This document shows, piece by piece, positions 24,451 to 36,462 of a stretch of 64,000 bases of DNA. The position numbers were made by a program, and so were the translations under genes. The notes beneath the pieces are model-generated. The model was not told where the DNA came from and ran no database searches. It saw nothing but the letters and a program-made list of their open reading frames with translations. Source of the stretch: Mytilus edulis (lineage: Eukaryota); contig NC_092347.1 of assembly GCF_963676685.1 (NCBI RefSeq), positions 1,426,001-1,490,000 of the forward strand, given 5' to 3'. Position 1 is the stretch's first letter, and each line of letters starts with the position of its first letter.

Positions 24451-27142
24451 AATACCGGTATCTGTCTATAAATGTTTTGCGACCTTAACTCAAAACAATA
24501 TGGTTTCTTATATTATGATCTATCATATTTACAACTATTTTAGGTTTCTGACTGCCCTTTCATATTCTAAATTTTTTATTCAAGGTGATGCATTTTACAA
24601 TTACTATGGCATGGTATAATTTATGGGCACCTGTACACAAGTGTAATTACCGGTATTACATTTTGTTGAAATGGCGTTAAATTTGAAATGATACGGATAG
24701 TTACTTTAACTAGATTTTCTATTGATCAGAAACGAAATTTTCTTTTTTCTGAATTTGAAAGAACAACATCAATGAAAAGTGTAGCCAGTTTTATGTGTTA
24801 GATTTTTTTTGCAGAATTATTGAAGTATTTTGTAAACATGCATGGTTCTTATCTAACTACATTCCTATTAAATATTTATTTTAGCAGGTTATCACGTTAT
24901 GAATGTTTTATTCGTACCTGTCTTTTATCATATCATATGTCTGTTATCATATAGATTTGTCACGATTCCACAAAAATCAGCAGATCTTTGTCAATAACAC
25001 CGATAGTCATCAAAGATATTTGATAAGTCATGTCGAATCAATGTTTCCTTAAACTTGAGTACTGATAAACTTTTTGTCAGTGTAATTTAAACCGATCAAA
25101 ATTAAGATTATCTAAAAGTATTAAAACGACGATGATTCGCACATTGATATCCGCTTCTTATTACTGATATTCCTTGGCTCCGTCCAGGAAAATAATGTCA
25201 AAATATGGTTCCCGTTCGCGTCCCATTCTTATACAGCTTCAAAATGAAGTTAATTTAAGTTTAAAAGTACGTTAACTGTAGAAGGATAATCAATATATAC
25301 AAACCAGACTAATAATGAGCCGAACATTGTATTGTTATATACATGCTCTCTTAAGAAATGATTTTCTAGATATGGCCATACTTGAACTATTTTCGTGTTT
25401 TATCATAACGAAGATTGTTATTGTGTGTTTCCTGCTCTGCTCTTTACATAAATTATCACCATGTTCTATTGTGTTCGGTGAATGAAGAACCCTCTTAGCC
25501 ATGCAGGTGATTTTTTAATTATCACCAATCGTGTCAATACTATATTGTTTACGGATCTTGGTATTTTAATGTTTTATTGTTACGATTTTATTTTACCAAT
25601 AATATTTTCATAATTTTATTTTTATCAGTGCAAAGCCTCTGTTGCCTCAAAATATTAATACCGATAAGTGTTTTATTCATTAAAATGAAAAATGTGTTTT
25701 AAGCTATAGGTCAATAGTTCTTAAATTCGTAGCTTAACCATAAATCGTTTGATAAGGATCTAATCCTATTTAGTTAATGTGAAGGAATTCACACTCTGCC
25801 ATAACAATTTACGACATTAAACACCTATATACCTGACGATTATCCGGACTGTTATGATACAATGTCATTACGAAGAGACTGACACAATCAGCGAAAGTCC
25901 CGCGGTTATTTATCTGTATATTATAAAGTATAATTGACCATGAAGGGATGTAACAACGGTCTCTATTGTCCGGCTGAATTAAAGGGCGTCTTAAATGATC
26001 GTCTGGTGTATTTGAGGGATGATTTATTGAACGGGTGGTTGCGTGTGCAAATTAAAATGTTGATTCTTTTATTCGTTAGAGAACATAATGTACTGTTCAT
26101 CAATACTGTTGAGTTTTATAATTGTATTCAGTCATTCATCCATACATTAATAGTTTAAGGAAATACCATACATTTTTAACCATTAAAGATTAAATGTGTA
26201 TTCAAATGTAATAAACAAAACCACACCTTATATCTATAAAATATTTCTTATTTTGGAAATTCATACATTAACGATTATTAGTTTCTTTTGTCATCATCAT
26301 TGCAAAGTTGACCCTTTTAAATAAATCCTAGCTAAACTTATGTCCAGCTTGTCTTTGCATCGATAATCCAGCTAGGCAGCACATTCATCTCAATGCTGTC
26401 ATTTAATGTTTTAAGCTCGTCAGGATATTAATCCTTATGGTGAAATTTAAAAAAGAGAGCATTTTTCAAAGCTACACATACATGACACCATCTGGATCAA
26501 TGTATTGGCAAGCTGAACGTACATAACATGACACCATAGTATCAATGTACTGACAAGATGTACAAACATTACATGACATCATCAGTGTCAATGAACTGAC
26601 AAGCTAGACATACATGACATGACACCATCAGTATATGTATGTCAAGCTTGTCAGTACATTAATACTTATGGTGTCATGTCATGTATGTCCAGCTTGTCAG
26701 TACATTGATACTTATGGTGTCATGTAATGTATGTCCAGCTTGTCAGTACATTGATACTTATGGTGTCATGTAATGTATGTCCAGCTTGTCAGTACATTGA
26801 TACTGATGGTGTCATGTAATGTATGTCCAGCTTTTCAGTACATTGATACTGATGGTGTCATGTAGTGTATGTCCAGCTTGTCAGTAGATTGATACTGATG
26901 GTGTCATGTAATGTATGTCCAGCGTGTCAGTACATTAATACTTATGGTGTCATGTAATGTATGTCAAGCTTGTCAGTACATTGATACTGATGGTGTCATG
27001 TAATGTATGTCCAGCTTTTCAGTACATTGATACTGATGGTGTCATGTAATGTATGTCAAGCTTGTCAGTACATTAATACTTATGGTGTCATGTCATGTAT
27101 GTCCAGCTTGTCAGTACATTGATACTGATGGTGTCATGTAAT

Positions 27143-28491
27143 CTTCTTCTTCCAGGTAAGGAACCGAATTCAAATCTTGAATGTATGAGGTCCCGCGAAA
27201 ACTAACGCAGTGTCGGACAACACAGAAAGTTTTCTCTTGGCTATTTACAGGATAAAACGTTCTCTATATATATACAAATAAAACTATTTACAGGATGTTA
27301 CTGTCTAAATTTTAACAGAGCATGCCTTCAGGGCAGCTCTGAATCCATCAACTGTGTCAACTGATGTTGCGGATGTTGGCAGTTGGTTCCAGTCTCTAAT
27401 GGTCCTTGGAAAAAATGATTGTCCGAAGGCGTCTGTTGTGGCCCTTTCTTGGAAGAAGCGGTTTTTACCTCTGGTCGGGCTATCATTTGGCGTTAGATAT
27501 TGGTGCCTATCTATGTCTATCAGATCATGTTGGATTTTGAATAGCATGCATAGCCTATTTTGTTTCCTGCGGTCTTCAAGGCTTTCCCATTTCAAAGATG
27601 TTACCATTTTTGTTACACAGCCAGGTGTGCGGTCTGTGTAGTTGTTGTTAACAAATCTAGCTGCTCTTTTCTGTACCTGCTCGATTGCTTTTATTTTAGC
27701 CTGTTTCGTAGGATCCCAAACTGTGCTAGCATACTCAACTGAAGGTCTTACTATTGTTGAATATGCTGCTGCTTTGACCGGTTTAGTGCAATCTTTTAGG
27801 TTACGTCGTATGAAGCCTAGTGTTTTGTTTCCTTTTTCCACTATGTTGTCGATGTGTCTGTCCCAGGTTAGATTATTGCTGATAGTAACTCCCAGGTATT
27901 TACTAGCTTCAACGGTGTCCAGTGTGTGTCCGTGTAATTTGTAATTAGTTGGAATTACAGGACGGTTCTTGGGTTGTATTCTAATTACAATGCATTTTTT
28001 TGCATTGAAGCTCATTTGCCACTTATCTTCCCAATCCTCTAATGATGTGAGATCTTTTTGTAGTAGGTCACTTTCTGCTTGGTTACTGATAGTTCGATAG
28101 AGGAGGCTGTCGTCTGCAAAAAGTTTGGTCTCTGATGATGTTGCTGTTTCTGGCATGTCGTTTATGTAGGCCAGGAACAGTAGGGGTCCAAGGACTGTTC
28201 CTTGAGGAACACCAGAGAGTACTGGTACTTGTTCAGAGACAGCTCCTTCTAGAATAACGCTTTGCATTCTGTTTTGTAGGAATGATCTTATCCACCTGTT
28301 TGCTTTAGGATTTACTCCGTAGTACTCAAGTTTATGTAGTAGGCGATGGTGTGGCACTTTATCAAACGCTTTAGCAAAATCTAGTAGTATGATATCTACC
28401 TGGCTGTTACCTTTTAATTTCGATGCAATATCATGAATGGTGATGATGAGTTGGGATTCGCAAGATCGTCGTTTGCGGAATCCATGCTGTG
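27143..28491 (-). mobile_element. 5'-truncated CR1-group LINE (Zenon-like), 8-bp TSD, (GAA)n tail
   Basis: TSD CATGTAAT at 27135-27142 and 28492-28499. The 3' end reads CCTTACCTGGAAGAAGAAG. The RT frame is open from the truncation point. Confidence 0.92.
27305..28489 (-). CDS. LINE ORF2 reverse transcriptase C-terminal part (truncated, no true start)
   Basis: QHGFRKRRSC...LDFAKAFDKVPH...SGVPQGTVLGPLLFLAYIND...LFADD...KYLGV...SFFPRTIRDWNQLP, with no stops. Confidence 0.9.
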   Translation of the reverse strand, partial: QHGFRKRRSCESQLIITIHDIASKLKGNSQVDIILLDFAKAFDKVPHHRLLHKLEYYGVNPKANRWIRSFLQNRMQSVILEGAVSEQVPVLSGVPQGTVLGPLLFLAYINDMPETATSSETKLFADDSLLYRTISNQAESDLLQKDLTSLEDWEDKWQMSFNAKKCIVIRIQPKNRPVIPTNYKLHGHTLDTVEASKYLGVTISNNLTWDRHIDNIVEKGNKTLGFIRRNLKDCTKPVKAAAYSTIVRPSVEYASTVWDPTKQAKIKAIEQVQKRAARFVNNNYTDRTPGCVTKMVTSLKWESLEDRRKQNRLCMLFKIQHDLIDIDRHQYLTPNDSPTRGKNRFFQERATTDAFGQSFFPRTIRDWNQLPTSATSVDTVDGFRAALKACSVKI

Positions 28492-29522
28492 CATGTAATG
28501 TATGTCCAGCTTTTCAGTACATTAATACTGATAGTGTTATGTAATGTGTGTCAAGTTTGTTAGTATATTGATACTACTAAATACTAGTTTTATGTACTGT
28601 ATGTCCAACTTGTTAGTACATTGAAACTGATGGTGTCATGTAACGATGTCTAGCTTGTAAGTACATTGATAACGATGGTGTCATGTTATATGTGTCCAGC
28701 TTGTCAGTACATTGATACTGATGGTTTCATGTAATGTATGTCCAGCGTGTCAGTAGATTAATACTTATGGTGCCATGTAATGTATATCTAGCTCGTCAGT
28801 ATATTGATACTTATGGTGTCATGTAATGTATTTCCATTTTGTCGGTAGATTTATTTCAATTGTGTTTTTAATAGTTATAAATAAAAACTCAAATGGTCTT
28901 AAATATATGCATGTTATCTTTACAGTTATATCTTCTGAAGATCAAAATGTTAGTGAGAAAGAGCAACAACAGAGTAAACCAAAGAACACACAAATAAGTT
29001 TGAAACAAAAAACTTTTAGAATTGTTCTGTTTGATTAAATTTGTATATCCAATCTTATTTAATTAATTCGATATTTAGATCTGGGTTTTAAAATTTAATC
29101 TTTTTTTGTTGCTTTCGTCGTATGAAGTTTCCCATGTTCTTCTAATATGTATTCTAAATCATTTAATTCGTTTGAAATATTAGTTATTATTTATTTAAGA
29201 TCAAAGTGATTTATATCCAGAGTAGCTCTAGTTATATTTAGATGGAAATAATTGATTGTTTAAAGTGCACTGCATCTTGTAAGAACACTCAAATATCCAT
29301 TGCTTCTAAATATTGTGACTTGCATGCAATCATATCATAGATGTAAGGTTGAAGAACCAGATGGCACGAGACAATTACCAAATGTTATTCCTGCAAAAAT
29401 GCAAGAAAGTTTATACGTTTTTGATAAATATAACCATACCATTAATTTTTATTAAACTTTCTACCAGAGGTCTTCAATTATTCGTATCAGACGAAACTTG
29501 AGTGACAAATATACAACAAGTA

Positions 29523-29682
29523 ACAGTACAATTCACCATACTCTATCATCCCAGGGGTCATCTCATTGAAGCTTCACAGTACAATTCACCATACTCTATC
29601 ATCCCAGGGGTCATCTCATTGAAGCTTCACAGTACAATTCACCATACTCTATCATCCCAGGGGTCATCTCATTGAAGCTTCA
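29523..29682 (+). repeat. Perfect 53-bp triplication
   Basis: ACAGTACAATTCACCATACTCTATCATCCCAGGGGTCATCTCATTGAAGCTTC at 29523, 29576 and 29629. Confidence 0.97.
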
Positions 29683-30374
29683 GATGTGGATGTCATTCTA
29701 GATACAAACAAAATGTTGTAAATTCTTTTGAAAGTGACCAAATTATTGTCCAATTCTAAAATCGTAAGATTTTGGAATAAAGTCTTTGACCCTTTTTTTA
29801 TTATAATATTATGTGAAGAACGCTTTAAATATAATCAAATCAATCTGACGAACAACGTTAAGAAAGGCATGATGTCCAATAAAGATAACTATGTAGAAAC
29901 TGAAAATCAAAAGCCCTCTGTATCTAGAATAAAATTAATTATTATAATAAATATGTACCAGCTGACAAAGCAGCAAACAATGTTTAGTTTTATTTCAACG
30001 CTTAGTTTAAAATGAACATAATCAATCAGTCTAAATCTTCAAAAAGCGGTAGCTCCTGAGGGTTAACCATCGCTATTAGTGGCACACGTCATGTCGGTCA
30101 TTACATATACAAATGCGGTGACAAGTCGCATTCTGAATTGTCCCTATAGACGAAAAAGGACAGGATTGTGTCTATACGACTCTTGAAACGTATTCCATAA
30201 CCTAGATAAAGTCGTTCCAGTGATATGAATAATACTGAGATATTTTTTACTAAACGACTGCGTCGAGAGAGTTTCCAGTTATGCCATTATCACCCACCAT
30301 GCAAATCTGCGCTCAGTCAAAATGTCACAACAAGGAATATTATGGAACGCCGTAACTGCCTTATGGTACTTCAT

Positions 30375-30660
30375 TCTTTATCAAGATGAGGTTTTCTTTA
30401 TTATGATGAGCTTATTCTTTATTATGATGAGCTTTTGCTTTATTATGATGAGCTTTTTCTTTATTATGATGAGCTTTTTCTTTATTATGATGAGCTTTTT
30501 CTTTATTATGATGAGCTTTTTCTTTATTATGATGAGCGTTTTCTCTATTATGATGAGCTTTTTCTTTATTATGATGAGCTTTTTCTTTATTATGATGAGC
30601 TTTTTTCTCTATTATGATGAGGTTTTTCTTTATGATAGATTTTCTCTTTTATGATGAGCT
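30375..30660 (+). repeat. 21-bp minisatellite (TTTATTATGATGAGCTTTTTC) in the left TIR, followed by a 19-bp repeat at 30669-30740
   Basis: About 13-14 units. TCATGGGAAATTCAGAGAA occurs 3-4 times here but only once (truncated) in the right arm. Confidence 0.95.
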
Positions 30661-31449
30661 GTTATAAGTCATGGGAAATTCAGAGAATCATGGGAAATTC
30701 AGAGAATCATGGGAAATTCAGAGAATCATGGGAAATTAAGAGATTTAAGATCAAACTCAAACAAAAATGACAGAATCAGAAACGTTAAAAGTTCTTCGGA
30801 ATGTTGGCTTGCTCTGTGTGCGAAAAATGTTGGATATAAAGAAAAAAATAACAACAAATATTGTCAGCATGCTTTCAAACATGAACTGGAATATCTAGGA
30901 GTTACCATTCCAGCGCATATGATGACACTGCTCACTTCTGCCACCAGCTATGCTTCTTACGACTATGCATAAGTTAGGGATTTCGTTACCACAAATACTT
31001 AAAACCTTTACTTAATTCTTCCATATATAAATATAAAGATTAGGTTTTGAAGTTACGTTGTACCTTAAAACTTATTTCAAATGGGATACATGTAGAACAT
31101 ACTTTTTTTATATAGAAATGTTGTTTATCGCACGGAAATTTTCAAACGATCCTGGTAAACTTATTAATCAATTAGATAAACTCATTTTAAACGGTTAACA
31201 ATTCAGCATTGTAATTTTTATTGACGTCTTTGAACTAAATCCAGTGGATGTTTGGTGTGTACTGATTGATAATTTAGTCTTAAATGCATGGCTTTGTTTA
31301 TTCGTTTTTTTTTGTCTTTTTGTTGTTAGGATGTACAAGTATCCGACCACGTTCACTTGTATTTGTACTATTTGTATTTATATCCATCTGATGAGTTCAG
31401 CCTTTTCAACTTCTTATTTTATAGTTCGTTCTTATGTTGTACCCGTGAG

Positions 31450-31740
31450 TGTGTGTATCCCAAATCAGGAGCCAGTAATTCAGTTATTGTCGTTTGTTTA
31501 TGTGTTACAAATCTGTTTTGTTTTGTTTTCTTTTTTTGTACATAAATAAGGCCGTTAGTTTTCTCGTCTGAATTGTTTAAAGTTGTCATTTCGGGGCCTT
31601 TTATAGCGGACTATGCGGTATTGGATTTGCTTATTGTTGAAGACCGTAAGGTGACCTATACTTGTTAATCTTATGTATCATTTGGTCTCTTGTGGAGAGT
31701 TGTCAAATTGGCAATCATACAACATTTTTTTTTGTATAGG
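31450..31740 (+). mobile_element. Interspersed repeat family B nested in the IS3EU element
   Basis: TCAGGAGCC.GTAATTCAGT...ATAAATAAGGCCGTTAG...GGCAATCATAC matches 39806-40090 and 59030-59315. Confidence 0.8.
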
Positions 31741-32451
31741 TGTACCAGATGAGTTCTATGTTGAATAAAACAAAGACAAGACTAAAACTGCGGGGGGGGG
31801 GGGGGAGGGGGGATAGGCCAAGAAATAGATAATGATCATTTATAACATTGTTATTGTACGCCAAAAATACTGAAAATGGGCTTGTGCAGAAAGGATTTCG
31901 ACACAATTCACAAAGTCATCAATGCCAAAGTTGGGACCTGTCCTATTGAAATCTGCTTTCATTATTCATTGGTCATTAATTACAATGTTCATGGGCTCAA
32001 CAGTTGGCCTTTCATCGTCCTTAAGATTAGCCGCATCAATGTTTCCCTCTAATCCATAATAAACTAAATCTCGTTCACCAACAGGTTGTGTACCAACAGG
32101 ATTCTGTATTTGACCGGCGATCCAAATATTGACAGGAGATGCTTTTGTTGTTCTCAGTCTATGGCGTGCCCAGGCTTGAGTTCAAATATCAAGTCTTCTG
32201 TTAATTTCGTCCCTGTAAATGTAGTGCAGGGCTATCAGATGCAGTTCATTTAGTGGATTGGTAATTCCCTGGTCTTCTTAAGGATCGAGTAAGTTGTAGA
32301 AATAGCACAAAACACCCTTGTTAACGTCCCTCTACAATCTCTCTATTCTCTGACTGTGCGTGCTTGGGCCTGTAGTCATACTGCCGTCACCATGTTTTGT
32401 CAATATAAAATCCGGTACAGATATCATACATTTTGTAGTCCCTTATCTGAT

Positions 32452-32601
32452 AAAAGACGGATTTAGAGAGGGACCCGACCCCTTTTTCTTAAAAACATTT
32501 GGTTGATTATATAGGTAATCACTGAAGCATGACCGGAGCTGGCCCCCTCTAAGCAATCAGTGGGATCCACTTTAATATGAAAATTCCTGGATTCACCACT
32601 G
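32452..32601. mobile_element. GGCGGAT-type MITE (degenerate left end), inverted relative to the 33138 copy
   Basis: Right end CCTGGATTCACCACTG; flanks CTGAT and CTGAC. Internal GGTTGATTATATAGG.AATCACTGAAGCATGAC is the reverse complement of part of the 33138 copy. Confidence 0.7.
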
Positions 32602-33137
32602 CTGACAGAACCTATACAAAAAAAAATATTGTTTTACAGTCTCTCATAATTCTTTATAGAATGGTACTTGTGTTTTATATTTGTGTATTGTTTGTTTTAT
32701 ATTGTGTATATACTCTGTATGTATTGTATACTTATGTAGTGCAAGTACTAGTGAGACTTTAATAACATATTGAATCTGAATCTACTCCAGAGAGGAAGCT
32801 ACTCAGTACGGTGGTGGAAGTGTTGAAATATAATAAGCCTACTAAACCCATCAACTCCACCCAGTATAATGAATCTCCATCTTACTAATTTAAGGTTAGT
32901 GTCTATGTGTCATAAATGTTTCGGTGCCGTAACGTTGTATACACGTCTGTGCAGTCGAACGGTCTGTATCGCTTGGGTACCAGTATATTCTAAGAATGGC
33001 ATATCTCAACCCCAATCTTTGTACTTTAATTCCTTTTCCCTTCAGTATTTCACGCAACATGCGTTCGCCACAACGAGGAAAGTCCACGACAATAGCGAAA
33101 AGTATACTGTCAAGGTTGTCATATTTAATGTCAGAAA

Positions 33138-33308
33138 CAGTGGCGGATCCAGAACTTTTCCTAAAGGGGTGGGGAGGGGGCACTGACTGACATAAGGGGG
33201 GCCTCTCCAGTCATGCTTCAGTTATTCCCTATATGATCAACCAATTTTTTCCCACGAAAAGAGGGGGGCGCGCCCCCCCCCTTCAGGCACCTCTTGGATC
33301 CTCCTATG
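33138..33308. mobile_element. GGCGGATCC-type MITE with 5-bp TSD
   Basis: CAGTGGCGGATCCA...TGGATCCTCCTATG, with AGAAA at 33133-33137 and 33309-33313. Removing it restores the transposase frame. Confidence 0.88.
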
Positions 33309-33717
33309 AGAAACATCTCTTTTCTGTAGTTCAAAATGAGTCATCCGTCAATATATTGTTCTCTTTGAGAGTTGCAAGAGATTTCCAATGTCCGATATCT
33401 TTAAGTTACAATCCAACAACGATTCTAGTACATTTTAGTCGACATGGTATTTTATTGGCCATCCAAACTATCAGATTTTACAGGTTTCATGTTTACATAC
33501 TTAATGCATTCCCTTCGCAGTGTCATCATATGCGATATAAATTCCAGTTCATGTTTTGAAAGCATGCTGACAAAATTTGGTGTTTTTTTTCTTTATCAAA
33601 CATTTCCCGCACACAGAGCAAGCAAAAATTCCGAAGAACTTTCGACATTATTGATTCTGTCATTTTTCTTTGAGTTTGATCTTAAATCTCTTAATTTCCC
33701 ATGATTTCCTTATAACA

Positions 33718-34360
33718 GCTCATCATAATAGAGAAAAACTATCATAAAGAAAAACCTCATCATAATAAAGAAAAAGCTCATAATAATAAAGAAAAAGCTC
33801 ATCATAATAGAGAAAAAGCTCATCATTATAAAGAAAAAGCTCATCATAATAAAGAAAAAACTCCTCATAATAAAGAAAATGCTCATCATAATAGAGAAAA
33901 AGCTCATCATAATAAATAAAAAGCTCATTATAATAAAGAAAAAGCTCATCATAATAAAGAAAAACCTCATCATAATAAAGAAAAAGCTCATCATAATAGA
34001 GAAAAAGCTCATCATTATAAAGAAAAAGCTCATCATAATAAAGAAAAAACTCCTCATAATAAAGAAAATGCTCATCATAATAGAGAAAAAGCTCATCATA
34101 ATAGAGAAAAAGCTCATCATAATAAATAAAAAGCTCATTATAATAAAGAAAAACCTCATCATAATAAAGAAAAAGCTCATCATTATAAAGAAAAAGCTCA
34201 TTATAATAAAGAAAAAACTCCTCATAATAAAGAAAATGCTCATCATAATAGAGAAAAAACTCATCATAATAAAGAAAAAGCTCATCATAATAGAGAAAAA
34301 GCTCATCATAATAGAGAAAAAGCTCATCATAATAGAGAAAAACCTCATTATGATAAAGAA
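33718..34360 (-). repeat. 21-bp minisatellite in the right TIR (about 30 units)
   Basis: GAAAAAGCTCATCATAATAAA repeats, the reverse complement of the left-arm array. Confidence 0.95.
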
Positions 34361-34844
34361 TGAAGTACCATAAGGCAGTTACGGCGTTCCATAGAATATA
34401 ATACAATCGGTTAATCTACCAAACTCTACAGATTTATTTCCGACACCTTCAGTGTATATTTATTGTTGGAATCAATGTCTTGTTTGCGGTGTAATATTTT
34501 TTGTGACCTAAAACAAGAAACTTATCTTTACGATCCTCATATTAAAGTTAATTTTGAGTGGTTCTTTATTACGGGAAGTTTCATTATTTTCTATTACCAT
34601 ATCGTTTCTGATCCAATTTAATTTCCATTTTATATTAACCTTTAATTGTGTAAAGAACCGGTTAACATACGATCCATAACGTACTTGTATTATCTTTCAT
34701 GTAGCTGGTTACCACTGAAGCTTTTTTTCTGATGTTTAATGGATTTTGTTGTAATGGTCAATATAAAACCTATAGATAACTACATACAAAGTTCAAAATT
34801 AGCCATTTTTTTGGCTATTGATACTGTTTAAAAGTGCTAGTTTT

Positions 34845-34990
34845 ACTGAATAGATAATACTGGTAGTACACGAAGTTCTTAACACAGAATAAGGCTATTT
34901 TTACAGACAATATTGGTAGTACAGGAAATTCTTAACACAGAATAGCGATATTTTACAGACGATATTGCTATAGGAGACAGGAAATTAAAA
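34845..34990 (+). repeat. Degenerate ~55-bp tandem repeat (about 2.5 units)
   Basis: TGGTAGTACA.GAA.TTCTTAACACAGAATA...TATTTT.ACAGAC.ATATTG recurs. Confidence 0.65.
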
Positions 34991-35430
34991 CCACTTAAAG
35001 TTATCGTTTCAGTGGCAGTATCATCTGTTATGGCCTGAATTTCAGAGCATTACCCGACCAATTAGTTTCTAATGATACAAGACAGCTGTGAACACTACAT
35101 TATAACAATGTTGTGTCCCTTGTCCAGCAGCATCCCAATGAACACCACGACATAACAATGCCGGATCTCTTGTCCGGCAGCAGATGATATCATCTCAAGA
35201 TGGTTTGATGACATTTGATAGCTGCATGTGCAACTAATTTAAAACTCAATAACAAAAGAAATATAAAACATTCGATGCCTATGTCTCCTGAATTAAACCA
35301 AATTAGAAGTAAGTTTTCTTGTCAACATAATTTTAAAACTTAAGCACATCATAAAGGAAATGGTATAATGTAGGCAGGTAACAGTAATATACATATAGTG
35401 TATAACATACAAAATAGAGGACTGAATTTT

Positions 35431-36462
35431 AAACTAGAAGCTCTCAAGAGCCTGTGTCGCTCACCTTGGTCTATGTGCATATTAAACAATGGACACAGAT
35501 AAATTCATAACAAAATTGTGTTTTGATGATGGTGATGTGTTTGTACATCTTACTTTACTGAAAATTCTTGTTGCTACAATTATCTACATCTATAATGAAC
35601 TTGGCCCAGTAATCACAGTGGAAAATATTTTCGAAAAATCTACAAAAAAATTATGAAAAATGTTAAAAATTGACTATAAAGGGCAGTAACTCCTAAAGGG
35701 GTCAACTGACCATATCGGTCGTTTTACTTATTTGTAAATCTTACTTTGCTAAACATTATTGCTGTTTACTGTTTATCTCTATCTATAATATTATTCAAGA
35801 TAATAACCAAAAACAGCAAAATTTCCTTAATATTACCAATTCAGGGGCAGCAACCCAACAACAGTTGTTCGATTCATCTGAAATTTTCAGGACAGATAGA
35901 TCTTGACCTGATAAACAATTTAATTCCATGTCAGATTTGCTCTAAATGCTTTGGTTTTTGAGTTATAAGCCAAAAACTGCATTTTACCCCTATGTTCTAT
36001 TTTTAGCCATGGCGGCCATCTTGGTTGATTGACCAGGTCACCGGACACAATTTTTAAACTTACTAGCCAAATGATGATTGAGACCAAGTTTGGTATAATT
36101 TGGCCCAGTAGTTTCAGAGGAAAAGATTTTTGTAAAAGATTACTAATATTTACGAAAAATGGTTAAAAATTGACTATAAAGGGCAATAACTCCTAAAGGG
36201 GTCAACTGGGTCAACTTATAAGCCAAAAACTGCATTTTACCCCTATGTTCTATTTTTAGCCATGGCGGCCATCTTGGTTAGTTGACCGGGTCACAGGACA
36301 CAATTTTTAAACTAAATACCCCAATGATGATTGTGGCCAAGTTTGATTAAATTTGGCCCAGTAGTTTCAGAGGAGAAGATTTTTGTAAAAGTTAACGACG
36401 ACGGATGCCGGACGCAAAGTGATGAGAAAAGCTCACTTGGCCCTTTGGGCCAGGTGAGCCTT
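35431..36462 (-). mobile_element. Complete Helentron-associated non-autonomous element (HINE)
   Basis: Terminal hairpin GCTCT-CA-AGAGC plus subterminal GCTCACCT at one end. At the other end, (GAC)n-like GACGACGGA, the palindrome GCTCACTTGGCCC-TTT-GGGCCAGGTGAGC and an A-tract. Duplicated internal cores (35665/36165 and 35962/36216). Confidence 0.85.

Larger units (their letters stand above)
26470..28830. repeat. 46-bp satellite (GTCAGTACATTGATACTGATGGTGTCATGTAATGTATGTCCAGCTT) with an internal inversion and a LINE insertion
   Basis: Forward units at 26634-27142 and 28492-28830; reverse-complement units at 26470-26633. Confidence 0.93.
32040..33470 (-). pseudogene. Decayed IS3-like (integrase core, DDE) transposase
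   Basis: Fragments: RTIY*RMTHFELQKRDVSDIKYDNLD...FPRCGERMLREILKGKGIKVQR; VYNVTAPKHL*HIDTNLKLVRWRFIILGGVDGFSRLI; SDKGLQNV; GSMTTGPSTHSQRIERL*RDV; LIALHYIY; WARHRLRTTKASP. Contains stops, frameshifts and two MITE insertions. Confidence 0.85.
30341..34393 (-). mobile_element. IS3EU-type DNA transposon with long minisatellite-bearing TIRs and 6-bp TSD
   Basis: Termini TATGGAACGCCGTAACTGCCTTATGGTAC / GTACCATAAGGCAGTTACGGCGTTCCATA. TSD GAATAT at 30335-30340 and 34394-34399. Arms span ~30341-30890 and ~33541-34393. Internal DDE transposase relic. Confidence 0.88.

Noticed and set aside
31387-31415. CTGATGAGTT as a hammerhead core or C/D box
   Set aside because: There is no GAAA after stem II and no D box in this copy.
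31791-31812. Poly-G tract as a functional G-quadruplex
   Set aside because: An isolated homopolymer inside a decayed transposon, with no supporting context.
33710-34406. IMMSFFF / YYDELFL / IIIKKKL repeat ORFs (also 30322-30654)
   Set aside because: They are translations of the 21-bp minisatellite in the transposon arms.
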